A DNA stretch of 27,743 bases, from positions 1 to 27,743 of the IMG/VR virus record IMGVR_UViG_3300028283_000176; one strand, 5' to 3'. The translations under genes and the position numbers were made by a program. How positions within the stretch are numbered: the first letter of the stretch is position 1; the number at the start of each line of letters is the position of its first letter. The stretch comes from a virus. Taxonomy: Duplodnaviria; Caudoviricetes. This document shows positions 1 to 7,342 of this stretch, piece by piece. Under the pieces are notes generated by a model, which was not told the origin of the DNA, searched no databases, and saw only the letters and a program-made list of their open reading frames with translations.

Positions 1-95
1 GATTCACTGAGACTCTCCAGTATGTAAGACCTAGTAATCGATTCAACTACTGATAGTTGAGTATTGGCATCAGATTTTGGTATGAGAGCTTGCAT
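1..95 (-). CDS. N-terminus of a protein running off the left edge, possibly a Cre-like tyrosine recombinase
   Basis: Not in the ORF track. GGAGG RBS (cctcc 101-105), ATG at 95, open frame MQALIPKSDANTQLSVVESITRSYILESLSES. 'RSYILESLSES' resembles the ..YI..SLSENT(RRAY) start of the integrase N-terminal SAM-like domain. The gene start is well supported; the product is inference from about 31 aa. Confidence 0.45.
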   Translation of the reverse strand, partial: MQALIPKSDANTQLSVVESITRSYILESLSE

Positions 96-114
96 TTTGA
101 CCTCCAAAAAAAAG

Positions 115-147
115 TTAGTTCCGAATCCAGAAGGTTATCGGAAGTAA
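115..147. other. Candidate tyrosine-recombinase core site (13-7-13 bp, loxP-like geometry)
   Basis: TTAGTTCCGAATC-CAGAAGG-TTATCGGAAGTAA. The outer 10 bp of the arms are inverted repeats with 9/10 identity around an asymmetric spacer, 20 bp upstream of the putative recombinase start. Confidence 0.5.
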
Positions 148-157
148 TCTTGAATAG

Positions 158-173
158 TTTATCGGCCGATAAA
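158..173. repeat. Perfect 16-bp palindrome TTTATCGGCCGATAAA
   Basis: Read directly. Its half-site TTATCGG is identical to 135-141 in the candidate core site. Confidence 0.75.
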
Positions 174-229
174 TCTTTTCATGACGCCAAAATATTGTAG
201 ACTAGCCTCCTCAAACCGAGGGTAATTTT

Positions 230-880
230 ATGCGATTTAGAACGGCATTGGCAGTGGTAGTGATGGTTTTCGTGGGAAGCACAAGGGCAGAGGAGATTTT
301 AGGGAAGGTCACGGGAGTACACGACGGCGATACGATTACTGTATTAACACCTGCAAACAAGCAGTACAAGATTAGGCTTGGTGAGATTGACACGCCAGAA
401 TCTAAGCAGCCATGGGGAACAAATGCAAAGAAGGGGCTATCTGATCTGGTGTTCGGTAAAGAGGTTAGAGTGGTCGTGCAAAACGCTGACCGTTATGGCA
501 GAACTGTTGGAAGGGTGTATGTGGGGAGTGTGGACGTAAATTTGGAGATGGCGAAGTCTGGTAATGCGTGGGTATATCGGCAATATGCTAAAGATCAGGC
601 GTTATTCAAAGCCGAAGATGAAGCGAAAGCAGCTAAACGCGGTTTGTGGTCTTTACCAGAAGCTGATCGTATGCCGCCGTGGGAGTGGAGAAGTGGTGGG
701 TTCACTAAGAACACAGTGGCTCCAGCGGACACATCTAGCTTCAAGTGCGGTGCTAAGAAGATGTGCAAAGAAATGACTTCGTGTGACGAGGCAAAGTTTT
801 ATCTGGTTAAGTGTGGTGTGTTATCTCTGGACGGCAACAAAGACGGCGTACCATGCGAAGCGTTGTGTAAAGGACAGTAA
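230..880 (+). CDS. Thermonuclease (SNase-family) with signal peptide and C-terminal Excalibur Ca-binding domain
   Basis: Motifs VHDGDT, IRLGEIDTPE, DRYGR, AKAAKRGLW, PPWEWR; C-terminal CKEMTSCDEA...LDGNKDGVPCE; hydrophobic N-terminus. Confidence 0.93.
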   Translation: MRFRTALAVVVMVFVGSTRAEEILGKVTGVHDGDTITVLTPANKQYKIRLGEIDTPESKQPWGTNAKKGLSDLVFGKEVRVVVQNADRYGRTVGRVYVGSVDVNLEMAKSGNAWVYRQYAKDQALFKAEDEAKAAKRGLWSLPEADRMPPWEWRSGGFTKNTVAPADTSSFKCGAKKMCKEMTSCDEAKFYLVKCGVLSLDGNKDGVPCEALCKGQ

Positions 881-888
881 GCGAAAGT

Positions 889-2250
889 ATGACCACTCAC
901 GTTACCCTGTCTGGTTTCTTGCAGCCTTTGGCTAATGCTGTAAAGTCTGTGGCTATTAGTACGTGGGTAACGGCAGAGATTAGCGACGTACAGGACAAAG
1001 GACATGTTTACATTACGCTGATAGAGACTGACGCTGTTGGCGTAACCGTTGCGAAATTAAAGTGCTCTATTTGGGCTGGCTATAAAAAGAAGGTGATCTC
1101 TCGTTTCCATGACGGCACGGGAGGTGAGAAATTACGGACAGGCATAAAGGTGTTGGTACTCCTTAAACCGTCTCTAAGCCTGAGCTATGGCTTAGGTGCG
1201 ACTATTGAGGACATTGATCCGTCGTTTACTCTTGGAGAAGCTGCACGACTGCTTATTGTTTTACGTGATCGTCTAAAGAGTGAAGGGATATACGACAATC
1301 AACGCAAATTTAGAACACCCACAGAATATACCCGCGTTGCCGTGTTATGCCCAGAGGATTCGGCAAGCCTAGGAGATTTTAGATCACAAGCTGATCCTCT
1401 TAACGACGCTGGTATTTGCCGCTTTGAGTATTTCTCGGCAGCATTCCAAGGTGACCGCGCTGCTATTGAGATTGTTAATTCTCTCCGTTCTATTTACCGT
1501 TTACATATATATAAACCATTTGACGCTCTGGTTATTATTAGGGGTGGAGGGCCGCAGTCTGATTTGTCGTGGTTAAATGAGTACAAAATCGCGGACGCTA
1601 TTACTAAGATGCCTCTTCCCGTTTTCACTGCTATTGGACATGAGCGCGACTCTACAATTCTCGACGAAGTAGCACACAAGAGCTTTCACACGCCTTCAAA
1701 AGTGATATTAGCCATTGCAGAAGACATCTGGAAAAACACGTGTGACGCACAATCAGATTTCGACTACATTATGTCTGTTGCTGGTTTTTCAGTCGAGCGA
1801 GCAACCTTGAACTGTGACGCTTGTTTGGCAACTGTTAAGGAAGTTTCGAATAGGCAAGTACAGGTTACAAAAGGGAATATCGAATCTGGTATCAGTAGTG
1901 TAGATTCTTATGCCAAGAAGCGTATATCGTCAACTGAGCAGTGGCTATCTCGTAGCAGAGAGTCTATACGTGGTGGGGCCACAACGGCTTTATCAGTGTC
2001 GAGCAACAATATCAGTACGCAACGTAACTTGGTTCGTGATCGATCAGAATCGGCTATTCAGAGAGTACAAGATCGGTTGCGGGAAAGTGTAGAGTTTGTT
2101 ATTGGCGTCGGCCCCGGCAATACCTTGCAACGAGGATTTGTAATAGCTAGGTCTAAAGGGAAGGTTATTACTAGAAAAGCGCACGTTGAAAGCGGCGACC
2201 GTGTCGATTTACAGTTTGCAGATGGTAACCTAAGCGCAACAGTTGAGTAG
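889..2250 (+). CDS. xseA: Exodeoxyribonuclease VII large subunit
   Basis: OB-fold start (WVTAEIS..GHVYITL), ASLGDF, IIRGGG..DL, AIGHERD, TPS, helical region, and the C-terminal TLQRGF...FADG signature. Confidence 0.92.
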   Translation: MTTHVTLSGFLQPLANAVKSVAISTWVTAEISDVQDKGHVYITLIETDAVGVTVAKLKCSIWAGYKKKVISRFHDGTGGEKLRTGIKVLVLLKPSLSLSYGLGATIEDIDPSFTLGEAARLLIVLRDRLKSEGIYDNQRKFRTPTEYTRVAVLCPEDSASLGDFRSQADPLNDAGICRFEYFSAAFQGDRAAIEIVNSLRSIYRLHIYKPFDALVIIRGGGPQSDLSWLNEYKIADAITKMPLPVFTAIGHERDSTILDEVAHKSFHTPSKVILAIAEDIWKNTCDAQSDFDYIMSVAGFSVERATLNCDACLATVKEVSNRQVQVTKGNIESGISSVDSYAKKRISSTEQWLSRSRESIRGGATTALSVSSNNISTQRNLVRDRSESAIQRVQDRLRESVEFVIGVGPGNTLQRGFVIARSKGKVITRKAHVESGDRVDLQFADGNLSATVE

Positions 2251-2255
2251 TTTAC

Positions 2256-2453
2256 ATGTCAGAATCCGAAACGTTCAAATCTCATTACGACAATCTACGC
2301 AAGATTGCCGAAACTATGCGATATCAGCAAGAAACAGATATTGACCAGCTAATCCCAATGGTTGACTCTGCCTTGACCAGCTACAGGGTATGCAAAGAAC
2401 GTCTGGACGTGGTTAAGAAGCTACTCGATGACCGCTTCAAAGATAGCGACTAA
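2256..2453 (+). CDS. xseB: Exodeoxyribonuclease VII small subunit
   Basis: 65 aa helical protein, TFKSHYDNLRKIAE...IDQL..MV...YRVCKERLDVV pattern, 5 nt after xseA. Confidence 0.85.
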   Translation: MSESETFKSHYDNLRKIAETMRYQQETDIDQLIPMVDSALTSYRVCKERLDVVKKLLDDRFKDSD

Positions 2454-2768
2454 CTATCTGAGTAACGATTCTTTATACGCAACCTTTAGCTTCTCAACGT
2501 TTGTTTTCTCTCCGAGCCTGAGTAACATTTTAATCACGTCCGTTTTAGCCACTTCGCGTTCAAATCCCATTTCTACTATTATTCTTTCTAGCCTCTCGAG
2601 CTTCTCAATATCAGATAGCCGAAGACGGTAGCACCTTTTAGCCATTGAGATTCGTTTCTTGCGCTTCACTAGTCCAAGCGGTTTTGGTGGCTTTGTTATT
2701 TCCTCTAAGACCACGGTATTGGATAACTTCGTAGTTGATCCCGATCCCAATTTACCAACCACCGTCAT
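2454..2768 (-). CDS. Small basic ParA partner, probable ribbon-helix-helix centromere-binding protein (type Ib ParG-like)
   Basis: Overlaps the parA 3' end by 17 nt with an AGGAGG RBS. Flexible basic N-terminus, then strand-helix-helix pattern KRCYRL-SDIEKLERL-AKTDVIKMLL. No ParB/Srx motif. Confidence 0.6.
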   Translation of the reverse strand: MTVVGKLGSGSTTKLSNTVVLEEITKPPKPLGLVKRKKRISMAKRCYRLRLSDIEKLERLERIIVEMGFEREVAKTDVIKMLLRLGEKTNVEKLKVAYKESLLR

Positions 2769-3507
2769 TTACCTCCTGCGCTAACTTCTGAAAATCAATA
2801 GCCCCGTGGCTTTTGGGATTAAACACCGAAACAGGGACTCCGTTGATTTGTGATTGGTTTATAGACTCATTCTTACGTATCACGGTATTCAGTAGCTGAA
2901 ACGTTTTTAGCTGTTCCTCCACAAAGCTATTTGTAGAAGTCGTGCGAGTATCAAGAGAGTTTCGCAAGATTCGATAGTCAATTCTCCGTTCTTCGTATAT
3001 CTCACAAAGCGTGGCAAATAGGTCTCCCACACCGTCCAGCGCGTACCTTCCGTAGCTGGTTGGGATAAGAATCTTGTCGGCAGTGTAGATGGCATTGACT
3101 GAAATCACGCCCAGCGTTGGCGGACAATCAAACAATAAATAGTCGTATTCAGATTCAATCTTTTTAAGAAGATTGTGCAAAATACGCTCACGAAAGTTTC
3201 TCTGTGAGATTGCCTCGGCCACTATTCCAAGTTTCAGACTAGACGGAACAATAGAAAAGTTTGGCACCTCTTCTGATCTAACTTTCGCTGTAAAAATGAT
3301 TGGATTGATATCTACACCATTGCGAACTAGAGCATCTGCAATGCTTAAGCCGCTATGGTTTGGTAGGTAGATAACCGTGGAGTGTGCCTGCGAGTCAAGG
3401 TCTATCAGTAGAACGCGGCGTTTTAGTCGTGTCAACTCATACGCTAGATTGACCGCTACGGTTGTCTTCCCAACCCCGCCTTTTTGGTTAATAACCGCAA
3501 TTTTCAT
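2752..3507 (-). CDS. parA: ParA/Soj-family partition ATPase (no N-terminal HTH)
   Basis: Deviant Walker A NQKGGVGKTT, LLIDLDSQA, Walker B LFDCPP; 251 aa; GGAG RBS. Confidence 0.95.
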   Translation of the reverse strand: MKIAVINQKGGVGKTTVAVNLAYELTRLKRRVLLIDLDSQAHSTVIYLPNHSGLSIADALVRNGVDINPIIFTAKVRSEEVPNFSIVPSSLKLGIVAEAISQRNFRERILHNLLKKIESEYDYLLFDCPPTLGVISVNAIYTADKILIPTSYGRYALDGVGDLFATLCEIYEERRIDYRILRNSLDTRTTSTNSFVEEQLKTFQLLNTVIRKNESINQSQINGVPVSVFNPKSHGAIDFQKLAQEVNDGGW

Positions 3508-3624
3508 TCTAAAATCTCCAAAATCTCAATAGGTTATCTGTGTTTTTGTGCGGCACCTAGTGTACTTGCCACATTCCCTTATACTGCCTATCTATCTACT
3601 CCCAAAGAACCTCTAAGCATAGGT

Positions 3625-3674
3625 GCGACATGACATCACTAAAAATAAAATAACACAACACACAATGACGTCGC
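3625..3674. repeat. Phased degenerate pentamer array upstream of parA (candidate centromere/operator)
   Basis: GCGAC ATGAC ATCAC TAAAA ATAAA ATAAC ACAAC ACACA ATGAC GTCGC in one unbroken 5-bp register; the first and last units (GCGAC/GTCGC) are inverted repeats. Confidence 0.45.
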
Positions 3675-3677
3675 AAT

Positions 3678-3766
3678 GAAGGGACAAGTAGAGTACGATA
3701 ATTTTCTATTAGAATCAGATATTTACGTTACTTTTGGCAGGCATGAAGGGACAAGGAAGGGACAAG
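3678..3766 (+). repeat. Three exact 11-bp direct repeats GAAGGGACAAG
   Basis: Copies at 3678-3688, 3745-3755 and 3756-3766 (last two tandem); the first two are both preceded by AT. Confidence 0.8.
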
Positions 3767-3833
3767 GATAGATAGTAGTCAAGGCTAAAAATCGGTGCTA
3801 GATTATGACAATCAACTATTACTAGGTGACAAC

Positions 3834-4298
3834 ATGAACAAAGCGATTGTTAGCGCAACACTGATGTTTGTGAGCATGAGTGCCGTGGCCGCGAGTTTTT
3901 ACAAGTGCACGGATGCCAGCGGCAACGTTAGTTACGTTACTGACCCATGCACTGGGACGTCTGCCGTTGTCAATGTCCCAACCTCTCCCAAAGTAGATAC
4001 TGAGCAGTTAAAAACACAGGCAAAGAAGAACACAGAGGCCGATGAGAGAATTTCTAAGACACTTGCGCAGGAAGAGAAGGATCGGAAGATTCGGGTATTA
4101 AAGTCTCGGATTGGTTCTGCACAGAGCTCGATGGAAATCGAAATGTACAGGCTTAGCCGAAAGAAATCTTATGCCATGAACAATTTAGCGGGAGCGACTT
4201 ACGAGCAAAGCATATCTGCGGAAATGCAAGCAGTGGCCGCAAAATACGATTCCGAAATTAGGTCTTTGCAAGCCGAAATTGATTTGGTTTCGAAATAG
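3834..4298 (+). CDS. DUF4124-like exported protein with C-terminal coiled coil
   Basis: Start moved to ATG 3834 (AGGTG RBS). Signal peptide MNKAIVSATLMFVSMSAVA, then FYKCTDASGNVSYVTDPC, the typical DUF4124 motif. Confidence 0.75.
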   Translation: MNKAIVSATLMFVSMSAVAASFYKCTDASGNVSYVTDPCTGTSAVVNVPTSPKVDTEQLKTQAKKNTEADERISKTLAQEEKDRKIRVLKSRIGSAQSSMEIEMYRLSRKKSYAMNNLAGATYEQSISAEMQAVAAKYDSEIRSLQAEIDLVSK

Positions 4299-4419
4299 TT
4301 TTGATTGAGGTTTCAGTTTGAGGGTAAAAGGCACGGTGCGCGTGTGATTGATTCTGGGAAGCATCACAGCAACGGCTCTATGGTTCAGCAGCTACGCTGG
4401 TCACGTGACGTGTTTGCGT

Positions 4420-5079
4420 CTATTCCCCCGAAGAGGAGTCTGCTTTCTTAGTATCTGAAGCTAGCTCTACACTAGCACCAACAAACTTAAGCAGCTTGTA
4501 CGCGGTCTTGCAGTGTTCCCCTTCTCTTTCTATTAACGTGCAATCCAAATCGAGCTCAGCGGCTGCTAGACCCGTTACGCCTGATCCTGCGAATATGTCC
4601 ACTACACTCTTCACCTCGAATGATCCGAGTATGTCCGTCCACGCTTGTGTGTTCTTAGCATACCCGTGCTCTCTCTTAACCATATCCGAACCTTTTGGAG
4701 CACGAAACAGCGTAGGCCAGTAGTGGTTATCAAAGAACACGTCTTGCCTAGCCCTTAGTTTTCTATTGAACGCACTCTTCCTACCCTTCGCTTTCCAGTA
4801 CGTGCCCGTGTTATGAGCATAATTGGGAGACTTGTAGGACATTGATCGTTCTTGAGATACCGTATCCAACACGAAATCAAAGCAAAACTCCATTTCAGTT
4901 ACTTTGCTAAAAGTTAGTAATTGCCGCATTGAGGACACCAACACCAAGTGCTTTATCTCGTAACGTTTAATGGCGTCGTTTAGTTTCAGCCCGCACATTT
5001 CGAATGGTGGATCGGTCATCATCAGGTCAAACTTTCCTGAGTGTAGCTCTGCGCTGCTGTTGATTATCTTGATTGCCAC
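4420..5079 (-). CDS. DNA amino-methyltransferase (N6A/N4C, beta-class motif order), compact
   Basis: Motif IV DLMMTDPPF near the N-terminus; H...K and motif I VVDIFAGSGVT near the C-terminus; overlaps the helicase end by 16 nt. Confidence 0.8.
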   Translation of the reverse strand: MAIKIINSSAELHSGKFDLMMTDPPFEMCGLKLNDAIKRYEIKHLVLVSSMRQLLTFSKVTEMEFCFDFVLDTVSQERSMSYKSPNYAHNTGTYWKAKGRKSAFNRKLRARQDVFFDNHYWPTLFRAPKGSDMVKREHGYAKNTQAWTDILGSFEVKSVVDIFAGSGVTGLAAAELDLDCTLIEREGEHCKTAYKLLKFVGASVELASDTKKADSSSGE

Positions 5080-6674
5080 TTTCTATAGGCTCCCAGTGCC
5101 TTTTTGGTATTCGTTTCCTGCAAATCTCTTATTGTGAAATGATCCGTCCAAAACTTGTGATCGTGTAATATCTCGCGTTTTCTTAGAAACTCGTTTAACT
5201 CACGAGGAGGGATATCTTTCTTTATGCTTTCAACGAACCAACAAATTAGCTTTTTGCACAACTGACTAATAACATCGGTTCTCCAGTGAATCTCTGGTAT
5301 TACCACTTCTTTTCCCATTCTCTGGCTATCTTCCTTCTCTAATAGTTTTTTGTCTAACTCTCTTCTATGTACCTCTACTATTCTAGCATCAATACGTTCC
5401 TGATTTACGTAGTGACCACCAACTGTGCACCTAGACAATAACGGATTGTCATCGCTGCATTCAGGACACATCAATAGTTTCATGTTGTAAATAGCTCGAC
5501 ATTTTGGGCAAGGCAAATACTGGCTTGCACTCTTTGAGAACCTATCGTTAATTGACCATTTCACGTGCTCATCAGGAAAACCGTGGTGTGCAATGTTTCC
5601 AGCACAGTCTAAGATGATTGCGTGTTCCTTGCCTGCATTCGTCCTCAATGACCTACCAATCCATTGGCGATATAGAATGAACGAGTCAGTTTTTCTAAGT
5701 AGAATCATTCCATCAATACCGGGCATATCAAACCCTTCACCAATCATATTCACGTTGCACAACACTTTTATTTCTCCACTTGCAAATGCGTCCATTCGGT
5801 TTCCTATTTCCGTGTCGGTTAATGAGGACGCAATAAATGAGGAGGGTATACCATCACTTCTAAAACTCTCTGCGCACTCCTCCGCATTGTTGATTGAAAT
5901 ACACATGACAACGACTTGCTTGCCTTTCATTATCTTCTTGTAGTGCTCGACCGCGTCACCAAAGATTTGTTTATCGAATGCCGCTAGCAAAGAATCTTGT
6001 GTGTAGTCACCGCCTATAATCTTTAGTGACTCCACTTTGATCTTATTCACTGCTGCGTAGCACTTGAAGCCAGACAGCGTGCCTCTTTTGATGAGTGTTT
6101 TTACGCTGTCCACTTTCAGTTCTTCAGACTGTACTAGCCTTTCGAATAGCCCACCGTCTTTAATGCCTAAGCTATTGCCGTCATGGCGAGCTGGAGTAGC
6201 AGTAAACCCGATGATCCTAGCATTCGGAAGTATCTCCTTTACCTTCCCCCACTTGTTCTTTTCAAGTGCGTGGTGTGCCTCGTCGATTACGATAACCCAT
6301 GGGGTATTGGTATCTAAAGCGATATCACACCTTCTTTTCATTGCAAGCAAGCTATCAATACTTGCTACTAGCTTTGTTTTATTTCCTCTCTCGATGTAGT
6401 CTACCCCGTGTTTTCTAATATGAGATAGTTGGCAGGATCGGCGGGTATGTTCAGTGCTAATTGTGTCGTGTGGTATTTTGAACGCGGCTAGCTTTTCGCT
6501 AATTTGAGTAATGAGGATGTTACGGTGCGCAACAAGCATCACGTGTGAATAGTGAAGTGCAAGCATGGCTTCAATGATTGTTTTACCTGCACCTGTATCT
6601 AATTGAACTATGTCATGTGTATTGCTTGATATTAGACTGTTAAAGATTTCTTGTTGATAGTCGCGAGGTTTCAT
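5064..6674 (-). CDS. SF2 DEAD/DEAH-box helicase (phage/RadD-like) with C-terminal Zn ribbon
   Basis: PRDYQ, LDTGAGKT, IDEAHH, GFTATP, EGFDMP, QWIGRSLR, ILDCAGN, CPKC...CPEC. Start placed at ATG 6674. Confidence 0.92.
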   Translation of the reverse strand: MKPRDYQQEIFNSLISSNTHDIVQLDTGAGKTIIEAMLALHYSHVMLVAHRNILITQISEKLAAFKIPHDTISTEHTRRSCQLSHIRKHGVDYIERGNKTKLVASIDSLLAMKRRCDIALDTNTPWVIVIDEAHHALEKNKWGKVKEILPNARIIGFTATPARHDGNSLGIKDGGLFERLVQSEELKVDSVKTLIKRGTLSGFKCYAAVNKIKVESLKIIGGDYTQDSLLAAFDKQIFGDAVEHYKKIMKGKQVVVMCISINNAEECAESFRSDGIPSSFIASSLTDTEIGNRMDAFASGEIKVLCNVNMIGEGFDMPGIDGMILLRKTDSFILYRQWIGRSLRTNAGKEHAIILDCAGNIAHHGFPDEHVKWSINDRFSKSASQYLPCPKCRAIYNMKLLMCPECSDDNPLLSRCTVGGHYVNQERIDARIVEVHRRELDKKLLEKEDSQRMGKEVVIPEIHWRTDVISQLCKKLICWFVESIKKDIPPRELNEFLRKREILHDHKFWTDHFTIRDLQETNTKKALGAYRKWQSR

Positions 6675-6686
6675 AATCTCTTTTGT

Positions 6687-6713
6687 AACAAACAAAAGCC
6701 CGATTTCTCGGGC
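6687..6713 (-). terminator. Intrinsic terminator
   Basis: Minus strand GCCCGA-GAAA-TCGGGC followed by TTTTGTTTGTT, just after the 6737-7291 gene. Confidence 0.75.
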
Positions 6714-6736
6714 AACGTAGTTACATCTGGTAAAAA

Positions 6737-7291
6737 CTAGAAATAAATCCCATTCCTCATTATCATGTCTTTCCCTGTTGCTTCTTTGAGAGCACGCAAC
6801 ACCTCCTTTTTTGCTATATCCTTTCTCCAGGCAAATGACACTGACACCGTCAAGTCGTGCTTTACCGACCGTACTACGCCGTCCTTGTATACCACCCGCG
6901 CTCTATACACATTTCCTGCCACCATCACGGGAACCTCTATTTCATTCTCCTTGCTCCACTTGCCCCATTCCACTCCCTCAAATTCCAGGCCTTCCGACGT
7001 ATTCTCTGCCACGTTTTCAATCTCATTCGACAAAAGCCCGAACGAACTGCACGACCTCGCCTTCTCCCTGTCGTTCCAGTGCTTCCTGTTCATTCGCCAG
7101 GTTTTGTCCGCGTCTTGCAGTGAAATCTTAACTCCCCTCTCTTTGAAAAACCGACTAAACAAATACTTGTTCTTTGCAAATAATTCTATGATCCTGTCGC
7201 ACTGCTCATATGTCAACAACCCTGCCAACGACCTATCGATCAACGATGATACAACAATCTTCTTTACTGCAACTTGTTTGTACTTGTTCAT
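6737..7291 (-). CDS. Hypothetical protein (basic, 184 aa)
   Basis: ATG with purine-rich RBS, co-oriented with neighbours, followed by a terminator. No family recognised. Confidence 0.75.
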   Translation of the reverse strand: MNKYKQVAVKKIVVSSLIDRSLAGLLTYEQCDRIIELFAKNKYLFSRFFKERGVKISLQDADKTWRMNRKHWNDREKARSCSSFGLLSNEIENVAENTSEGLEFEGVEWGKWSKENEIEVPVMVAGNVYRARVVYKDGVVRSVKHDLTVSVSFAWRKDIAKKEVLRALKEATGKDMIMRNGIYF

Positions 7292-7305
7292 AACTTCTCT
7301 CTCTT

Positions 7306-7333
7306 AAAAGTAACCCACGATTGAATTCGTGGG
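7306..7333 (-). terminator. Hairpin / weak intrinsic terminator
   Basis: Minus strand CCCACGA-ATTCAA-TCGTGGG then TTACTTTT, 9 nt after the 7343 stop. Confidence 0.55.
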
Positions 7334-7342
7334 GGAATTGGA

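Noticed and set aside
196-203. TGTAGACT shared with the minus-strand promoter candidate at 8340-8347
   Set aside because: Only 8 bp and no matching -35 here; too weak to call a shared promoter motif.
3508-3833. CRISPR array or ncRNA in the repeat-containing intergenic region
   Set aside because: Repeats are only 5-11 bp without regular spacers; no cas genes and no recognisable RNA structure.
4400-4409. Palindrome GTCACGTGAC between convergent genes
   Set aside because: 10-bp palindromes are expected by chance in 28 kb; no loop or U-tract.
4420-6674. Type III R-M or DISARM system
   Set aside because: The MTase is far smaller than Mod, the helicase is of the phage/RadD type with no recognised PD-(D/E)xK domain, and no other components are present.
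6765-7307. 180-aa plus-strand ORF and other antisense or alternate-frame ORFs (e.g. 5593-5943, 9582-9986, 20393-20776, 21337-21789, 25703-26080)
   Set aside because: They shadow well-supported opposite-strand genes and show no recognisable motifs.
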